A DNA stretch of 64,000 nucleotides from Phoronis australis (taxonomy: Eukaryota > Animalia > Phoronida). Position 1 is the first letter of the stretch; the number at the start of each line of letters is the position of its first letter. Below the pieces are notes generated by a model. The model was not told the DNA's origin and ran no database searches. It saw nothing but the letters and a program-made list of their open reading frames with translations. Both the position numbers and the translations under genes were made by a program. Below, piece after piece: positions 1 to 13,681 of the stretch. The DNA lies in NCBI GenBank assembly GCA_002633005.1, contig NMRA01000246.1, positions 425,856-489,855 of the forward strand, written 5' to 3'.

Positions 1-821
1 ACAGCCATTCTAAGACAAAAGGAACCAAAAAATCACGCTAGGGTCATATTTCAGATTCACTTTAAACTTTGAGAATGTAACGATGCTGTGACTTGGATAA
101 TAAAATCACGAATTTTTCATCTTATTGCTCTTTAACTTTTGACCTATAGGCCTTTAAAAATACTTTCGACAAATATGCCTCGTTTTTTGCATATGAAAAA
201 CAACAATTTGCACGTATCAAAAAGAGTTACAGTGCATGCAATGAGAGGAAAGAATGCAGGTATTTAGAAGGACTCCCAAATAAAATTGCAATTAAAAATT
301 TTGTACATTCTTCATGTGACACGGGAGAAAAATCTGAAGGCACTTTTTGAACAGTTCAAAATGAGTGTCACTCTAGTGATTCTTCAAGTAAAAATATAAA
401 TGCAGGGATATGCACAATAAAAGAATTTCAAATAGATAGTTATTTGATGTGTGAACCAATTTATAAAATCTGTTGAATGCCCTATATTTTGCTAAAAATT
501 ATCCCAATATCGCGCATTTTACACTATTTCAATATTTTTTTTGCAAATTCATAATGCTTTTTGAAGCAGAAATTATGAGTAATGATCTTCATTTTAGAGA
601 CTGCAATGATGTCTGACATTTCACAAAATCCCTGGACAATGTTCAGGTGACACTGGTTCTCGAATAGAAGCTTGTTCGACAAAATTCACGAAGTTTTGTC
701 AAAAAGAGTTCGATGTAAAACCAACTTTGTAGAATATATTGGTGTTGTTTCTGTTCTAAGAAGATTTCAAAAACGTCTGCTTTAAAGTAAATTTAAAAGT
801 GTTAATGTCTACTGTCCTTGC

Positions 822-1430
822 ATGACTTTAGTAACTACTCACTTAAGGAAAGATTTGAAGGGTTGTAGACGTATTTGTTCAGCCTTTAATGACGTTAAGA
901 AGTATAAATGGGAAATAGAGTTAGGAGATAGTTTAGATTGGAAGAAAATATATTCATTGCCTGATGAAATTACAAAGGATCACAATATTAGATGGTTCCA
1001 ATTTAGAATACTACACAGTATCATTGCAACAGATACCTTTTTAGTCAAAATCCGTGTTCGGGATTCTAATTTTTGTTCCTTTTGTAATAAAGGTCCAGAG
1101 ACGCTGTCGCACCTTTTTCGGGGAATGTCGCCTTGTACAAGATTTCTGGAAGGAATTCGGAAAGCTACTTCAAAAGTGTCTCATTCAGCTTCCCAACTGT
1201 CTCTCTTACGAACGTGTTATTCTTGGACTTTATGAGACGCGAGATTTTCTATTTAACATTTTGTTTCTACTAGCTAAACCAGTAAATTTACAAGGAGAGA
1301 TGTTACAAAAATATACCCAATTTTCAAAAAAGTTTGTTACATATACTTATGAGTACTATAATGCTGAAAATTAATTGCATATAAAAACTTTGCATATGAC
1401 AGCTTCTCTGTGAAATGGGGAAATTTTATT
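822..1430 (+). mobile_element. 3' fragment of an L1/Tx1-clade LINE ORF2 (zf-RVT-like C-terminal region), frameshifted
   Basis: ORF 822-1235 has KWEIELG..DWKKIY..IRWFQFRILHSIIATD..CSFCNKGPETLSHLF, continuing after a frameshift as ECRLVQDFW..ILG. The same motif order occurs at the 3' end of the LINE at 48400-48950. Confidence 0.8.
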
Positions 1431-3949
1431 ATTCCCGTTAACTCCATGCAGCAGTTGTTTACTTTATACGAGATACGAGAATGGTCTCTCCTGAGGTGTG
1501 CATGCGTGAATGAATGGATGTACTTTTTGTTTGTTTTTTGTACTTGTTTATAAATGATAATTAATGCCTGAAAAAAGAGTTTGTCAAAAAGCTTACGAGT
1601 TATAAAAACAGGTGCCAAGAACTAAAATTGCTCAAGGAGATCCAAAAGTTATCAAATACGTCTAGAAATCAACGCCGAGAATTTTTGTGAATATGGAAGC
1701 AAATTTGTTTTATAATGATGAGGCGTTTATGAGATACAATGTACCGTTGTCAAACAGTGAAAAAATAAAACAAAAAGTCCATTTTTAATTCGACGATTTT
1801 CTTTGTTATACAGTAAATTGATGGAAAATTGACTGAAATTCGAGAACAAAAATTAAAATATACCAAATTTTGGTGCTCTACCAAAGGTTAACAGTGATCT
1901 CCTTGGCAAAGTAAAAACTTTTTTCTTATAGAGAGGTTCAGTGTCTACTCATACATTATACACTGAATCTAGCCTAACCGACGCAAAAGTGATTCATTCT
2001 ACATGTAGTGCTAAAATGTTCATGATGTGTAAAAGGGTAATTATACCAAAAATCTAAAATTCATATTTTCAACGCATCTCACCAAAGTGTATGAACACAC
2101 GAATTTTTTGAAGAAATGAGTCGGTGATTCCAAAAACCAGAGGTCATTATTTTTTACATGGTGTTAGTTAGTTCTCATAATAAATGTTTTCCCATTTTTA
2201 TTTCTGGTAACGAGCTTGTGAAACACGTTTCTGTTACCGTTGTACATGCATGTGTCGACCATAAATGGTATTTCACTCGTGAAAACATATTTTGTGAGCA
2301 TAAGGGCCCATCGTATCTTGTGTTTCCATTTTTCCTCATTTCGGACCGGTCCGACAATTAATTTGTGCCAGGCTGATTGTTACGTGTCTATAGGTATTTT
2401 CTTTGTTTGTATCCGCTCGTGTTTCAGTTCAATTTTTGTGTCAGCTGCACAGACGTACAGTACATGTCCAAACATTCTTCAGTTTTATCCACCCATTACC
2501 TTCCCTCACTTTTGGCACCTTCTTGTACCTCTGTGTTGCGCTTTTTCATTGCCCATCTTACCGGAGATTATTATTTTTACACATTGCATTTCATTCTCAT
2601 TCCTATTTCTTGTACTTGTATTCTGTCAATAGAAATAACCTTGTTTCGCAAACCTCGGTAGTTGGTGCATATGTCGACCATACATGTAAGATGTGTGTGT
2701 CGAACAGTACATTTGTTAACTGCGAAGTGAGATAAAACATTATTTGCATTTTCCTAGATGTGGGTGTCTTTAAGATGTGTTGCTGGCTGCATATTGTAGG
2801 AAAATCCGATCTATGTGATTGATAGAAAATTGATACCGCAAAAATGAATGAGTTACTGGTTATGCTTGAACATATAAAAGACTTTTCAACGTGTTTGGAT
2901 AAAATGTTGTCACAAAGCAGAAGCGTTTTCTGTTTTCTATGCAAATTGGTTCTTTGTGAGCAAAAATGTTTACGTAATTGTTAACATTTCTACATTTCTT
3001 CTTCTGTATTTTCTAAATTTGCTCACTTATGAAACTCCGAAAGTAATATGTCAAATGGTAAATGTGACAGCATAGGAGTTTTGCAAAACATAATTAGCGA
3101 GAGTAATGCATCAGGGTACGGACTTGATGTACCTGTACTGGGTATGTCATTTTTGGACTAAGCGAAGGACACCTAAACCTACATACATGTACATGTATAA
3201 CTACGCCAGTGCATCTGTGCGTTTTAGTATTTATTGCCAAGCGTATTGATTTGGATGCCAAGGAGGGTTGTGCATTAGTGTTTAATTTGATATAAAAAGG
3301 TGTGCATTTCAGTCTTATCTATCATCCGCAAAGAGTTGAAAATCACGGGTCGTCTAGTGTCCTGCCTTTAAGTTGACCTACGTGTGCATGATCACCATGT
3401 AAGCTTTCACATACAGGTAGGGATGAACTGCCGTCTAGATGGAATGGCCGATTCAACAAACTACGAGTTGGGATAAGTACACTTAGGTCTATACTTGCCC
3501 TGGGCCGTAGCTTGATGAGTATATTTATGGATTAGCAAAAGTCAGAAATTATAACGCTGGATATTAGATAGTCAAGTTTTGTTTGTCTTCGTTTCCGCTT
3601 TTTGTTACGCCGAATTACTTGCTCTATTACGTCATCTCGGTAATTCGCACAAAAGTTGCCAAAACAGTCATATTTTGTCTTTCTAAGGCTGACTGCCGTG
3701 CTGCAAAAATAGGTGTTTCGTCAAATATTGCTTTATGGCATCTACACTGTACAAATCAAGCTAACACTAAACTTTAAAAATCGTAGGCTTCGTTAGTGTG
3801 GAAAATTTTGGCAACTTTAAACTTCAATTGTAAAGTAGTGTGCAAAATAGGCGATGATTTACCGTTGAATAATGAAAAATATAATGGTTGCCCTTCTATC
3901 CATTTCATTCCACACGAAGTGAGACTTATTGAATGCAAGCATTACTTAC

Positions 3950-4285
3950 ATGGGAAATCATGGGTAAGTTCCAGGAAGCGGCAATAGTGGCTTCAATATA
4001 ACAAGAATCTTCGGGTCCTATGAAAGCCACTGCTCCTGCTTTCCAAAGCTGCGTCAAAGCGCCCACGCTTGTTAGAATGTCTGCCCCATTGTCCATATAC
4101 ATGAGCTCAAATGTAACATTCGGCAAAACTGTGGGATCGTTGTTGACCTCGTAGATAGCGTTACTGATAGCGCCGGATATTGTTCCACCCTCCTTAGCCA
4201 TGGCCGGCAAATAAGCTATTTTTAAAATTTTGCAATCTGCCACGAAAATGATTAGAATCAAGATGTGAAAAAACAAAATGGTCAT
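3950..4285 (-). CDS. First coding exon of a receptor-type guanylate cyclase (ANF-receptor ligand-binding domain; Gyc32E/speract-receptor-like). Downstream exons not found in the window.
   Basis: ATG at 4285, hydrophobic signal peptide MTILFFHILILIIFVADC, then GAISNAIYEVNNDPTVLPNVTFEL..GAVAFIGPEDSCYIEATIAASWNLPMISH and a CAT|GTAAGT donor at 3949. Motifs are typical of the N-terminus of membrane guanylate cyclases. Confidence 0.8.
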
Positions 4286-5329
4286 TTTCGTCAGATAAGT
4301 CAAAAACGATCCTCGACTGATAATCTCTTCGGCTCAGCTATGAAGCGCCTTGCCAACTACAGTGTACATTCGAACTGAAGTGACTTTTCAAAGAAATCTG
4401 TATCACACAGAAGTGGTGTGAGCTGCAAAGTGTTCCACCTCTGTCGACTCCGTCAGTTTATCTGGGAGAAGTTGCCAAAGCGGTGATATTTTCATTCAGT
4501 ATGTGAAACGTTAATTGACGTCCGGAGCACTCAACGCCTAGAAGTGCACCTCCTGCGGTGGTTTTCCTGTCGATTTGCTGTCAAGTAGTAAATGCAATCA
4601 CTATCTTTCAACATGACACATTTTAAGCGGAAAAACATCATCTAGCGTCAGTATCGCCTTGGAAACCCCATGTTGTCTCATGTTTTGTTATGTACATTTT
4701 GTGTTTTCCCAAGTCGATGCTAAATAATGTGCTCATATAGTAATGCATCGCAATTAATAGTTTGTATTTAACATGGTGATGGATTTGTTCTTTTAGTGAA
4801 CATTTACGTTTTACATGTGAAACTTGTTTCTAAAAGCGACAATCTGTATCGCACCATCATTTTGGGTTTTTTTCTTTTGGATATTTTGTTCAATCTAAAA
4901 CTAACTATTAGTCCAATTATGTTGCACAAATCGTCAAATGGGATGGTATATATTTCCGGAGATATTGCGCCTTCATATAAAGTCGTAACTTTTGCTGCTA
5001 CGCCCTTTGAATCGTAAATGGAAGGATCTTATCAGGCAAATCCACATGTAATAAGTACAAACGTCGTCGTCGTCGCTGTCGATGTAGCATTCGTTGCCGT
5101 CGAGCCATCAGCGTCATTACTGACCGTTACTGTTTTGATGCTTTTTAACTTTAAGTCTTGACCTCAGTATTTCCTTCAGAAAACGTTCATGAAATAAAAT
5201 ACGCTGAGTTTTAGCGAGCTCGCTCTCCATTTATAAGACCATGGAAGTACTGCTTTTTCGGATTCGTTTCTCTTCAAAAATTATGGTTCATTTTCTGTAT
5301 CAAAATCGAGCGAGAATTTTTCTTAGATA

Positions 5330-6727
5330 CAGGTGTCTCCCACACTACAGCTTCGTTTTGAACACAGGATAAGTTTCGTCTCTTGAAAGATATTACTAAA
5401 CTACGAAAATTTCATAACTTTGAGTCTGTGTGTGCCCTATTTTAGTGTTAAATACATTGTAAAATGTAAAAAGTCCGGGGTTTCCACAGAAACCTCTTTT
5501 AAACGCAATGTAAAAATATTGAATGCACACAATACGATTTCTGTCTTTTCATGCACTTGGGCTCACTGGCTTTAAAATCGATAATTTGGTGCATTTTGAT
5601 GTCGGGCAAGTCTACATGTAGATCACATGCCTGTCAAAGGAGATGCAAAGTCCAGGTACGACTATGCCTGCACACGGGCTAAGGAGGTGTGGCGCAGTTT
5701 TGAGAAGAGCTGCATGCACGTAAGACATATGAATATTAGCTTTACTTCAAATAAAATATTGACTAATTTGAAACAGTTGATTCTTCGTGAATGTTTGTTA
5801 CTATAGCAGACGACATCACATTCGCAGGAGAATAGGCATAAACAGCAATGTAAACATTTTATTTTTTTTAATTCGCGGTAAAATTGAAATTTTGAATTTC
5901 TCGCCTTTGTTTCATCAACTGAGCCTATTTCACAATCTCAACATTATACCACAACGCCTGTCTAATGAGAAGCTACCGGCATTCGCGATCTTGATGATTG
6001 CGCGTTTTTGAGGACAACTAGCACATTCAACTGTGACGCTGTTTGACGTAAAAATGCAAAAATTTGGTAGCACCATTCTTTTCATTTTTCATATCAAACA
6101 CAAGGGACATCAAATTACAACAACAAATGACGAAATTCAAAGGCCTATTTTTTGCACAAAAGAAAAACGCTAAATTTGGAGGTAATCAAAACGCGCTGAC
6201 GTAAGGAAACCAGTGAAATATGAAATAATTAACCCTCTACAAGATTATGTGATGAATTTTTTTTTTAATCAATAGTTTACAGTAATTAGATGAGGCTGTT
6301 CAGTTAACTGTGTAAATTTAGTGTCTTTGTGTAGGCGGTTGTCATGGAAAATTAATGCGGTGTAACGGATTAGCAGTTCCTAAATACGAAGAAAAACATC
6401 AAAATTTGAATGCAATTCAACGATAAATTCCTAATCCACTTATAGCGAACGTACGAGTGAGGCCAAACCATTGTCCCCACGGATTCTGCCTCCAAGTTGT
6501 AGCCTGCTAATTCGTCTGGTTCATCTGAAGTTTCAGTGCTATTCGTGAGTTGAACCTTTACATAACCTTGTGAAAAATACGCCTCGGAGACTCACAAAAC
6601 TACAGGATTGTTGAATGATGGAAAATATGTCCAATGATGGAATCAATAAAAATTAACCACTTTTAATAATATAATACTGAGTAATGTACATCGCCGAAAA
6701 CTAGTCGCCAACTTATGAGACACCCTG
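5330..6727. mobile_element. Possible non-autonomous Tc1/mariner-like element
   Basis: Left end TA-CAGGTGTCTC versus right end GAGACACCCTG-TA. The inverted termini are short and imperfect. Confidence 0.3.
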
Positions 6728-7894
6728 TACACTACGGCCGCGACTGCATAACAGTGGGAAGACACTAACAGGAAATGACAGGTGACAAATCAATGATTTT
6801 TACTACTTTTCGGAAGCAATTGCAAATTACTGCTTGACTGAGATGAAAACAACCCATGCCACTAGAATGAGCGATCATTTGTCCACAGAATGCAGCTCTA
6901 TAAAGCCGTCATGTGTTCCTATCATCTTAATCAGCAGTAGCAGACGACAGAAAACGGAATACATAGTCCTTTCAACTCGAGAATCCTTGTGTTTTATAGA
7001 AATGGTGTTGCCATGATCTGCGCTCTGTATTTATTTAAAACATTGAGGATCATGCTGTCAAAATGCAGTTTAACCATATTCCACATGGTCGCAGCGTGCA
7101 AAATAATTACTTTAATTTCGGTAACGTCATTTTTTTTCAATTGTAACTTAAGAATATCTTCAATGTAAAATGATATAACAATAAATTGTGATTTTATGAG
7201 GCATAATCCGCCGAAAAGCTTCCGGCGTATGAATCGCCAATAGGAGCTTCACCGTCTGTACATAAAGTTTAACTAGAGACGGTGGTCTCAGTCTACATGT
7301 AACATAGGCCGCAAAAAAATAAAACAGCAAGAGCGTAGGGAAATGTTGAGTTTATTAATTAACCCCGGTAATTCAAATTATACGGCTGAAACAAGATATA
7401 AATGTGTGCAGTTTTAGTGTTGGGGGGGGGGCTCAGATCCAATTTCTAGAACACGGCGCAATCGTAATGGAACTACGGCTAAGTATGGGCTCTCCCGCGA
7501 CCGGCAGTGGCGCTAGGCACTACGACTCCGTTTCCGTCGTCTGCTCCACTGTGCAATGAAGAAAATCACTTCATTTTTTAAAGAAAATGGAATCTGAGTG
7601 ATGATAAAAAAACAGAAGCTGCTGGTAAGATGTCAATTTTAATCGAAGCCTTAGTGAATCATTCAGAAAGTCATAATTCTCTCTTTGTCAAACCTTAACT
7701 ACAGACGATTTCCAAAGCATTCGCGTTATTATTGCCAACACAAAAACGGATTTGGTCTTTTGGGCAATTGAAGACTATTTTAAATACAACTAATTTGTTA
7801 CGAACTGATTGCAAAAATATAAAACATGTAATATGCATTACAAAAAGAAGGAGGTTTCGCGCGCAAACGCTGTGGACCATAAACAAGTAGGTAA

Positions 7895-7960
7895 ATCGTG
7901 GTGGTGCAGTGGTAAAGCCCGCGCGCTCTTTCTGCCAGGTCTATGTTCGAGTCTATGGCG
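7895..7960 (+). repeat. tRNA-derived (SINE-like) head with Pol III A and B boxes
   Basis: TGGTGCAGTGG (7902-7912) and GTTCGAGTC (7945-7953) at tRNA-like spacing, but no intact cloverleaf. Confidence 0.45.
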
Positions 7961-8699
7961 TTTGCAGTTTTTTGCCTATTTTTGTTGGATAATACTTCGG
8001 GAATCAAGGAAAATGCTTGATTTTGATTTTTAGAGGAAAAAACCAAAAAAAAACTCCTGGGCTTGAGGGGGATGAACCCCCTCCCAACCTCCCCCCATTC
8101 GATGCTATGCGTATCTAAAATCGTGCTTTGAGCAAATGTTTACAGACAAAATGTTGCCCCCCTTGTGATATCCTAGATCCGCCACTGTGCACGCGTGGTG
8201 TCGTGCCAACTAGCGGTACAGCTCAGTTTAAAACAACGCAACGAAAAAGCGAAGGTACGAAACAAGCTTGTTAATCTGTGATAGGGCATCAATTGAAAAT
8301 TATCAAGATTGCTCAGCCATCGGATATCAAAGTGACCACCCACTGTCAGCAAATTCGCCCACGCAGTCTACTTTAAGTGAAAGTAGTCGAGAGGAATTAA
8401 GATGTACCCGGCAGGCTGATTGTGAGATTACCAAAGTCCAGTGGAATCGCAACAGGTAGTAAAAGAGACTCGCGCAGGAAATCGGCACTAATGCAAGAGC
8501 TGCAGCACAAAATTGCGAAACTGAAAAAAATGACTGCACAAAACAATCTAACAGAAAGCTGAACAGAAATAAATGCGACACTGCCACAAAATAGGCTCCA
8601 AACAATGGATGAGATTAACTCTGTGGTTGCAACGAACCTGCCCGGTAAAAAGGAGACTATAAAAGTAAAAATGTTGCTCAGTAACATCGTTCTTGAAGA

Positions 8700-8940
8700 A
8701 GACAAATTTGCAATGTCATCAAACCAGTTCCAAACCTTAAAGAAGGCTGTCTTTGTATCGGCAACCTACGGCCAGAACTGGCTGGTGGGGATGAAGTCAT
8801 AGAAAAGGATCTTGTTGACGAAGAAGTCAAGATCAGCTTCATGATTACAGGTAAAAGGCTCTGCTCAAATGGCCGTCTCCTCACTACGTGATGTGGATTT
8901 CCGTTTCTTGCATTTTATCCAAAGTTCATCCACTACAGGC
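8700..8940 (+). pseudogene. Degenerate coding relic, probably transposon-associated (SH3/Tudor-like module)
   Basis: Across frameshifts reads KAVFVSATYGQNWLVG/EVIEKDLVDEEVKISFM../KWPSP, a pattern I recall from DNA-transposon protein C-termini. Not confirmed by search. Confidence 0.3.
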
Positions 8941-9783
8941 TCCAGGGAAATCACAATTTTTATAGAGAGGTCATTGAAAGTTTAATTATAATTGGGTCTT
9001 TAATTAAGTGAACAGCGTCTTATCATATGTCATTGACGATAGGTAGATTTGTTTTGCTGAAGTCATCTAGTTCTAAGATGTAAGTATTACTTTACGCTAT
9101 TGATATGATTAGCTGTTACATTCCTTGTCAACTGAGATGCTTACGTTACTCGCAAGGTTTACGTTATGGTGTAGTGTATTTAATCACTGCATTTTTACTC
9201 GATTCGCTTTTTTCACAAGTCTGTGATTTTATAAGCAGCTCATACCTTTCATAATCAATAGAGAACCACGTGTAACAGTTGCTTGCCAGATTCTTGTAAT
9301 GATAGATGTATGCGGGACTGAAGGAGCTACTCGAAAAAACGAAAACAACAATTTTATTTTAGATTGTGTCTCTTTAAATGCCCTGTCACATTGAATTTTA
9401 TGGATATATGCTCAAGCAGACCAGCTGACACCAAGCCGAACACATGTTGCGAATCCACTCACATCCAAAAAATGTTCCATACACGGTGGCCAAACGCGAG
9501 TCCCAAAAATCTAACTCCAGTCCTGAGGAAGAGTCCAGATGTCTTGATTTCCCAAAAAACACCTGGCCATGTTGTATGCAAATCTCTCTACCCCTGAGGG
9601 CGAAAATGAATAGACATTCTTGTCTAAGCAGTGATGTCAAAAGCGACATGCAAGGGTGGTCTCCAACTCCTGGTAGTCCATCTTGATCTCCCATGTTTGG
9701 AAATATTAGTGACGTCATTCTAATTGCCTTCTGTGGTTCTCACCTTGATTCCATCATCGTCTCAGTCACCAATACAGACTAAA

Positions 9784-9935
9784 CATAGGCTATCCAGGGG
9801 GTCAAGAGGGTTCCTTGACTTTAGTGGTATCAAATCAAAATATTTCAAAAATTGTTTTCTTGTTTTATTGGACGTCCCTCTTCTAAAAAAATCCTTGATC
9901 CGTACCCCCTTTTAAAAATCCTGGATCCGCCCATG
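9784..9935. mobile_element. Short MITE with CA(T/G)GGGCGGATCCAGG-type termini (hAT-like family)
   Basis: CATAGGCTATCCAGG ... CCTGGATCCGCCCATG. Related termini at ~8170-8187 and 53490-53814. No clear TSD. Confidence 0.55.
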
Positions 9936-10899
9936 CCAAACGATCTCAAAAACCTTTCTGCCGATGCTGCTACCCATTTTCGTACGTTGACTAGCTACCG
10001 AAAAAATCTTGCTCGCACGGCAATCAGTAACTGAGTCTGAAGACCTTTCCAAATGTTAAGAATTACGAATTATGTTCAAGCGGCATTAAAACCATGCTTT
10101 CTGTCAACAAACTAGTAAGTGACATCATGTAAACGTTTCCAAAACCACGTTATTACCGTGTTGTTATACGTCAGAAGTGAAATTGGTTACAATAATTCGC
10201 CGAAGAGTAAGAGTAACTTAATGAATTGAATGTTCAAATTCCATGGTAAGGGATGTGTGCCAGGGGGTAAGAGTTTTTGCGATATACATGTATGTATAGT
10301 ATCGGCACAACTATTCAAAATGGCCCAAAATTCTCACTACGCTGTAACAATGGAATACTCGAAATGTTTTACTTAAGAGGAACCGTACAGCATATGAGTC
10401 TTAAATTGATGATGGCTGTTTGAGATTATTTCGCATCCAGGTCTAAACATTACTGTTACGAAACTTCCTACAATCGCGCTCCCACGAAGTGTACGCCCGT
10501 CGCAGTATTTTCTGACACAGTGGGCACGTTTAAGGTAATCGCATGTTAATTGTATATGGTAAATACGGAACTGCGCCAATACAAAGGACAAAATGCCAGG
10601 TAAAATTTCCTCAGAAAAAATAGTGGTGCTTTATGGCGCTCCTTAAACCATTGAATAAGAATCTAATAGATCACGCTTCGCCACGGCTTACACGCTCTAA
10701 TACTGTTCCGCTAGCAGCATTTCATCTCAAAGTGATATACTGCCCGCTGTGGCACGGATACCCTATGCCAATGGTGGGATTTCAAACAAAACTAAGAATT
10801 ATTTCTGAAATGTGCCGAGGTTTTGCAATTTCTCTTCATTTCTTTAATCAGAATATTTAAGAAAACACATTTTCAGAAACGTTCACGTGTCAGTGTCTC

Positions 10900-12855
10900 G
10901 ACACTCTAGTCTTTGCCTGACTTTCTGTTGGCCAAGTTTGTGAAGACCTACAACGTCAGTTTGGTCAATGGAATCATCCCTAACATCAAGACAGATGCCT
11001 ACTTAAGTCCTCGGCCCCAACCTGGAAAGGACCGCTGCACTCTCAAGGAATATCGTATCATAGTCATACAGCACAACATTGGAAAAATCTCTGAAAATAT
11101 CATGGCGCGAAGAATCACGAAGTTCATCGAACAGGTAGGTCAATGCTTCTGTAGCAGATGAGATATGGCAACATTTTGAACAGCTGGCGATGCACGTGGC
11201 ATTCAAATTGGGTATCTGTCAACACAGACTTGCCTCAAGGTTCACTTCTGTGCCCAGTGCTGTTCAACATCTACACCCTACTACTCGCCAGACTGAACCG
11301 CACGACTGCCGACTTCGTACCTTCGTAGACGATATGCTGCTGCCATCACAAGGACAACGACACCACGAGATTCTCCACAAAGCGCAGTCTACACTGATGG
11401 AAATCTGCGAGTATTGAGCTACCAGTGGAATGAGCTGCAATGGGAATAAATGCGAAGCTCTCTTTTGTACACTAGACAATCGCCTTGTCCTACCTACGAT
11501 GGGACGAGGATTGCAACATCTGACAAGATGCGTCACTTGGGTGCAGAACTCGACCGCAGGCTGAACTTCACAGCTCCAGTTAACAGTATGATCAGCCTTG
11601 CTAAGAGAGAAATCAACCCCCTTAGGGCTGTGGCCTGTCGGAAGGCGGAGAAAAAGAACCTCGTCATGCTTTATAAACCCCTCGTCACTTCAGTCTTTGA
11701 CTACACGTTCTCCTCATGATCACTGCCAGAAAAAAATCAAATCAACAGGCTTGAGATACTCCAAAACATCAGTCTTTGCGTCATCACTAAATGTGCAAGA
11801 TCGACTTCAGTAACAGCATTACGCTACCTTGTCGGTGTTCACAGCATTGCAGACAGACAGTCTCTTCTACAAGGTATCACTGTAGCCAAGACTCTTCAAA
11901 ACCCCTTTCACCCTTTACACAGTCAAGTGAAGACTGCAAATGACAGATGCTTGAACCCTGTCCCTTCAATAGCAGCCTACCGACTTCGCCCTAGACCTTT
12001 ACGCAGTGTGTCCTACCAAAGACTTGGCAGATGCTCGTGGGCTGTCGCTGCTGTACATGTAAACGTAACCATGGACATCATGGGCTAACACATGATGGAA
12101 AAAGATGCTGCTTGGCTGTACCATCGCTTTCAATAGGGAAGTTAGGGAATGGTCCCCTGGAGTAGCCCAAGTATTGTGCCAGAAGCTATGGTGTGACCTT
12201 GGCAATATTGATGCCATCATAATAGCAACAGATGGATCCTTCGATGCTCGAACTAACCGTGCGGGATGAGACTACCAAATACTTTTTGTTGACAAAGTCA
12301 TTGCGGAAGGCAGTGGCTGCCACCATGTATACACAAGTAGTGCATTGATGTAGTTTCAGGTTATACAACGTGCCCTATCTAAGCTATCATACCTAGACCA
12401 GGAGAACCACACCATAATCATTGCCACCGATTCCATAGCCGCGTTGATGAAAGTTCGGTCTGGTAATCTCCCAGCCAACCGGGGTGTCTTCCGATCACGC
12501 CATCCTCATCATACAGTGACCTGGTACGTGTTTCGTACCTGGCCACACTAGTGTCTTGATTACTGAGCGCTCAAATTACATCGCTGGCTCGTGCACCACC
12601 AAACAACCACTCTGCTTATACTCGGCTGATGTTCAGCTGCTAGCTCACCGACGCACCTTCGAGCAGACCTTGTCCCAACTGGCCGAGTTCAACCATGGTA
12701 ACCAACTGCTCGAAGCTTTTAAAAGTCCCAAGAAGAGCTGTGCCCAAGTATTGTCCAATCAGATGCTGGCAGGCAACGCCAGTCCTGGAGTTCTGCGCCT
12801 TCCGCTATCACGAGAATTGTCTGGGAAGGGAATTAATGCACCAGCGTATCCCTAA
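10900..12855 (+). mobile_element. Decayed LINE with reverse transcriptase and RNase H (I-group-like)
   Basis: Fragments PQPGKD..EYRIIVIQHNIGKISENIMARRI, LPQGSLLCPVLFNIY, TFVDD, RHLGAELDRRLNF..MLYKPLVTSVFDY, and RNase H-like IATDGS and IATDS. Multiple stops and frameshifts. Confidence 0.8.
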
Positions 12856-13070
12856 TGATCCTGTCCGTGACAGGCATTACAGGTATTAAACGCAGTTTTT
12901 TAATTCAAAAACGTGACTGCACACACCTGTTGACAACTGCTACATGTGCGTGGTGACGGTTTTTATTGCAAAATCAGTAAACTTTTTCGTGTAACTTTTG
13001 AACAGACGCCGATTAATGAAAATGGAAATTATACTGTAGGAATTCGTTTACTCAAGGTAAGCACCTGCTC

Positions 13071-13290
13071 TATACACAACATGCTTGCATAGTGTATATA
13101 AATTGATAACGCGTTATAATTACTCTATACACAACATGCTTGCATAGTGTATATAAATTGATAACGCGTTATAATTACTTTATACACAACATGCTTGCAT
13201 AGTGTATATAAATTGATAACGCGTTATAATTACTTTATACACAACATGCTTGCATAGTGTATATAAATTGATAACGCGTTATAATTACTT
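13071..13290. repeat. Minisatellite, 4 x 55 bp, near-identical units
   Basis: Unit TATACACAACATGCTTGCATAGTGTATATAAATTGATAACGCGTTATAATTACT(C/T) starts at 13071, 13126, 13181 and 13236. Confidence 0.97.
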
Positions 13291-13681
13291 TCTAACATCG
13301 GGCACAGGGCGATTTCACATTATATGTCTCTTCCGTTACTGCAAAGATCTCGAGTAATCGCGTATCCGTTCAATTTGTTGGAATGGTTGACTCTACAATT
13401 TGATGTCGCCTTATGGTAAAGTTATGAAGGTATTATAAGGTTAGCAGATATTATTTCCGAGATAGGGCCAATTTTTTGCCTAAAGAAGAGGACAACTGTG
13501 AAATCACCTTCTACACACAAATGATCTCATAAGCTTATTCTAAATTCTACTATATTTCACTATAGAGGACATTATCGTATTCCAGGGGCCGATTCGGTCT
13601 GGAATTCGTGAATTGCGTTTGCGCTCAACAACAATATACTTGCTTGCCAAATAATAAACCATAATTACAGTTACATCGAAG

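Noticed and set aside
13071-13290. CRISPR-like array
   Set aside because: Units are contiguous and identical with no unique spacers, there are no cas genes, and the context is eukaryotic.
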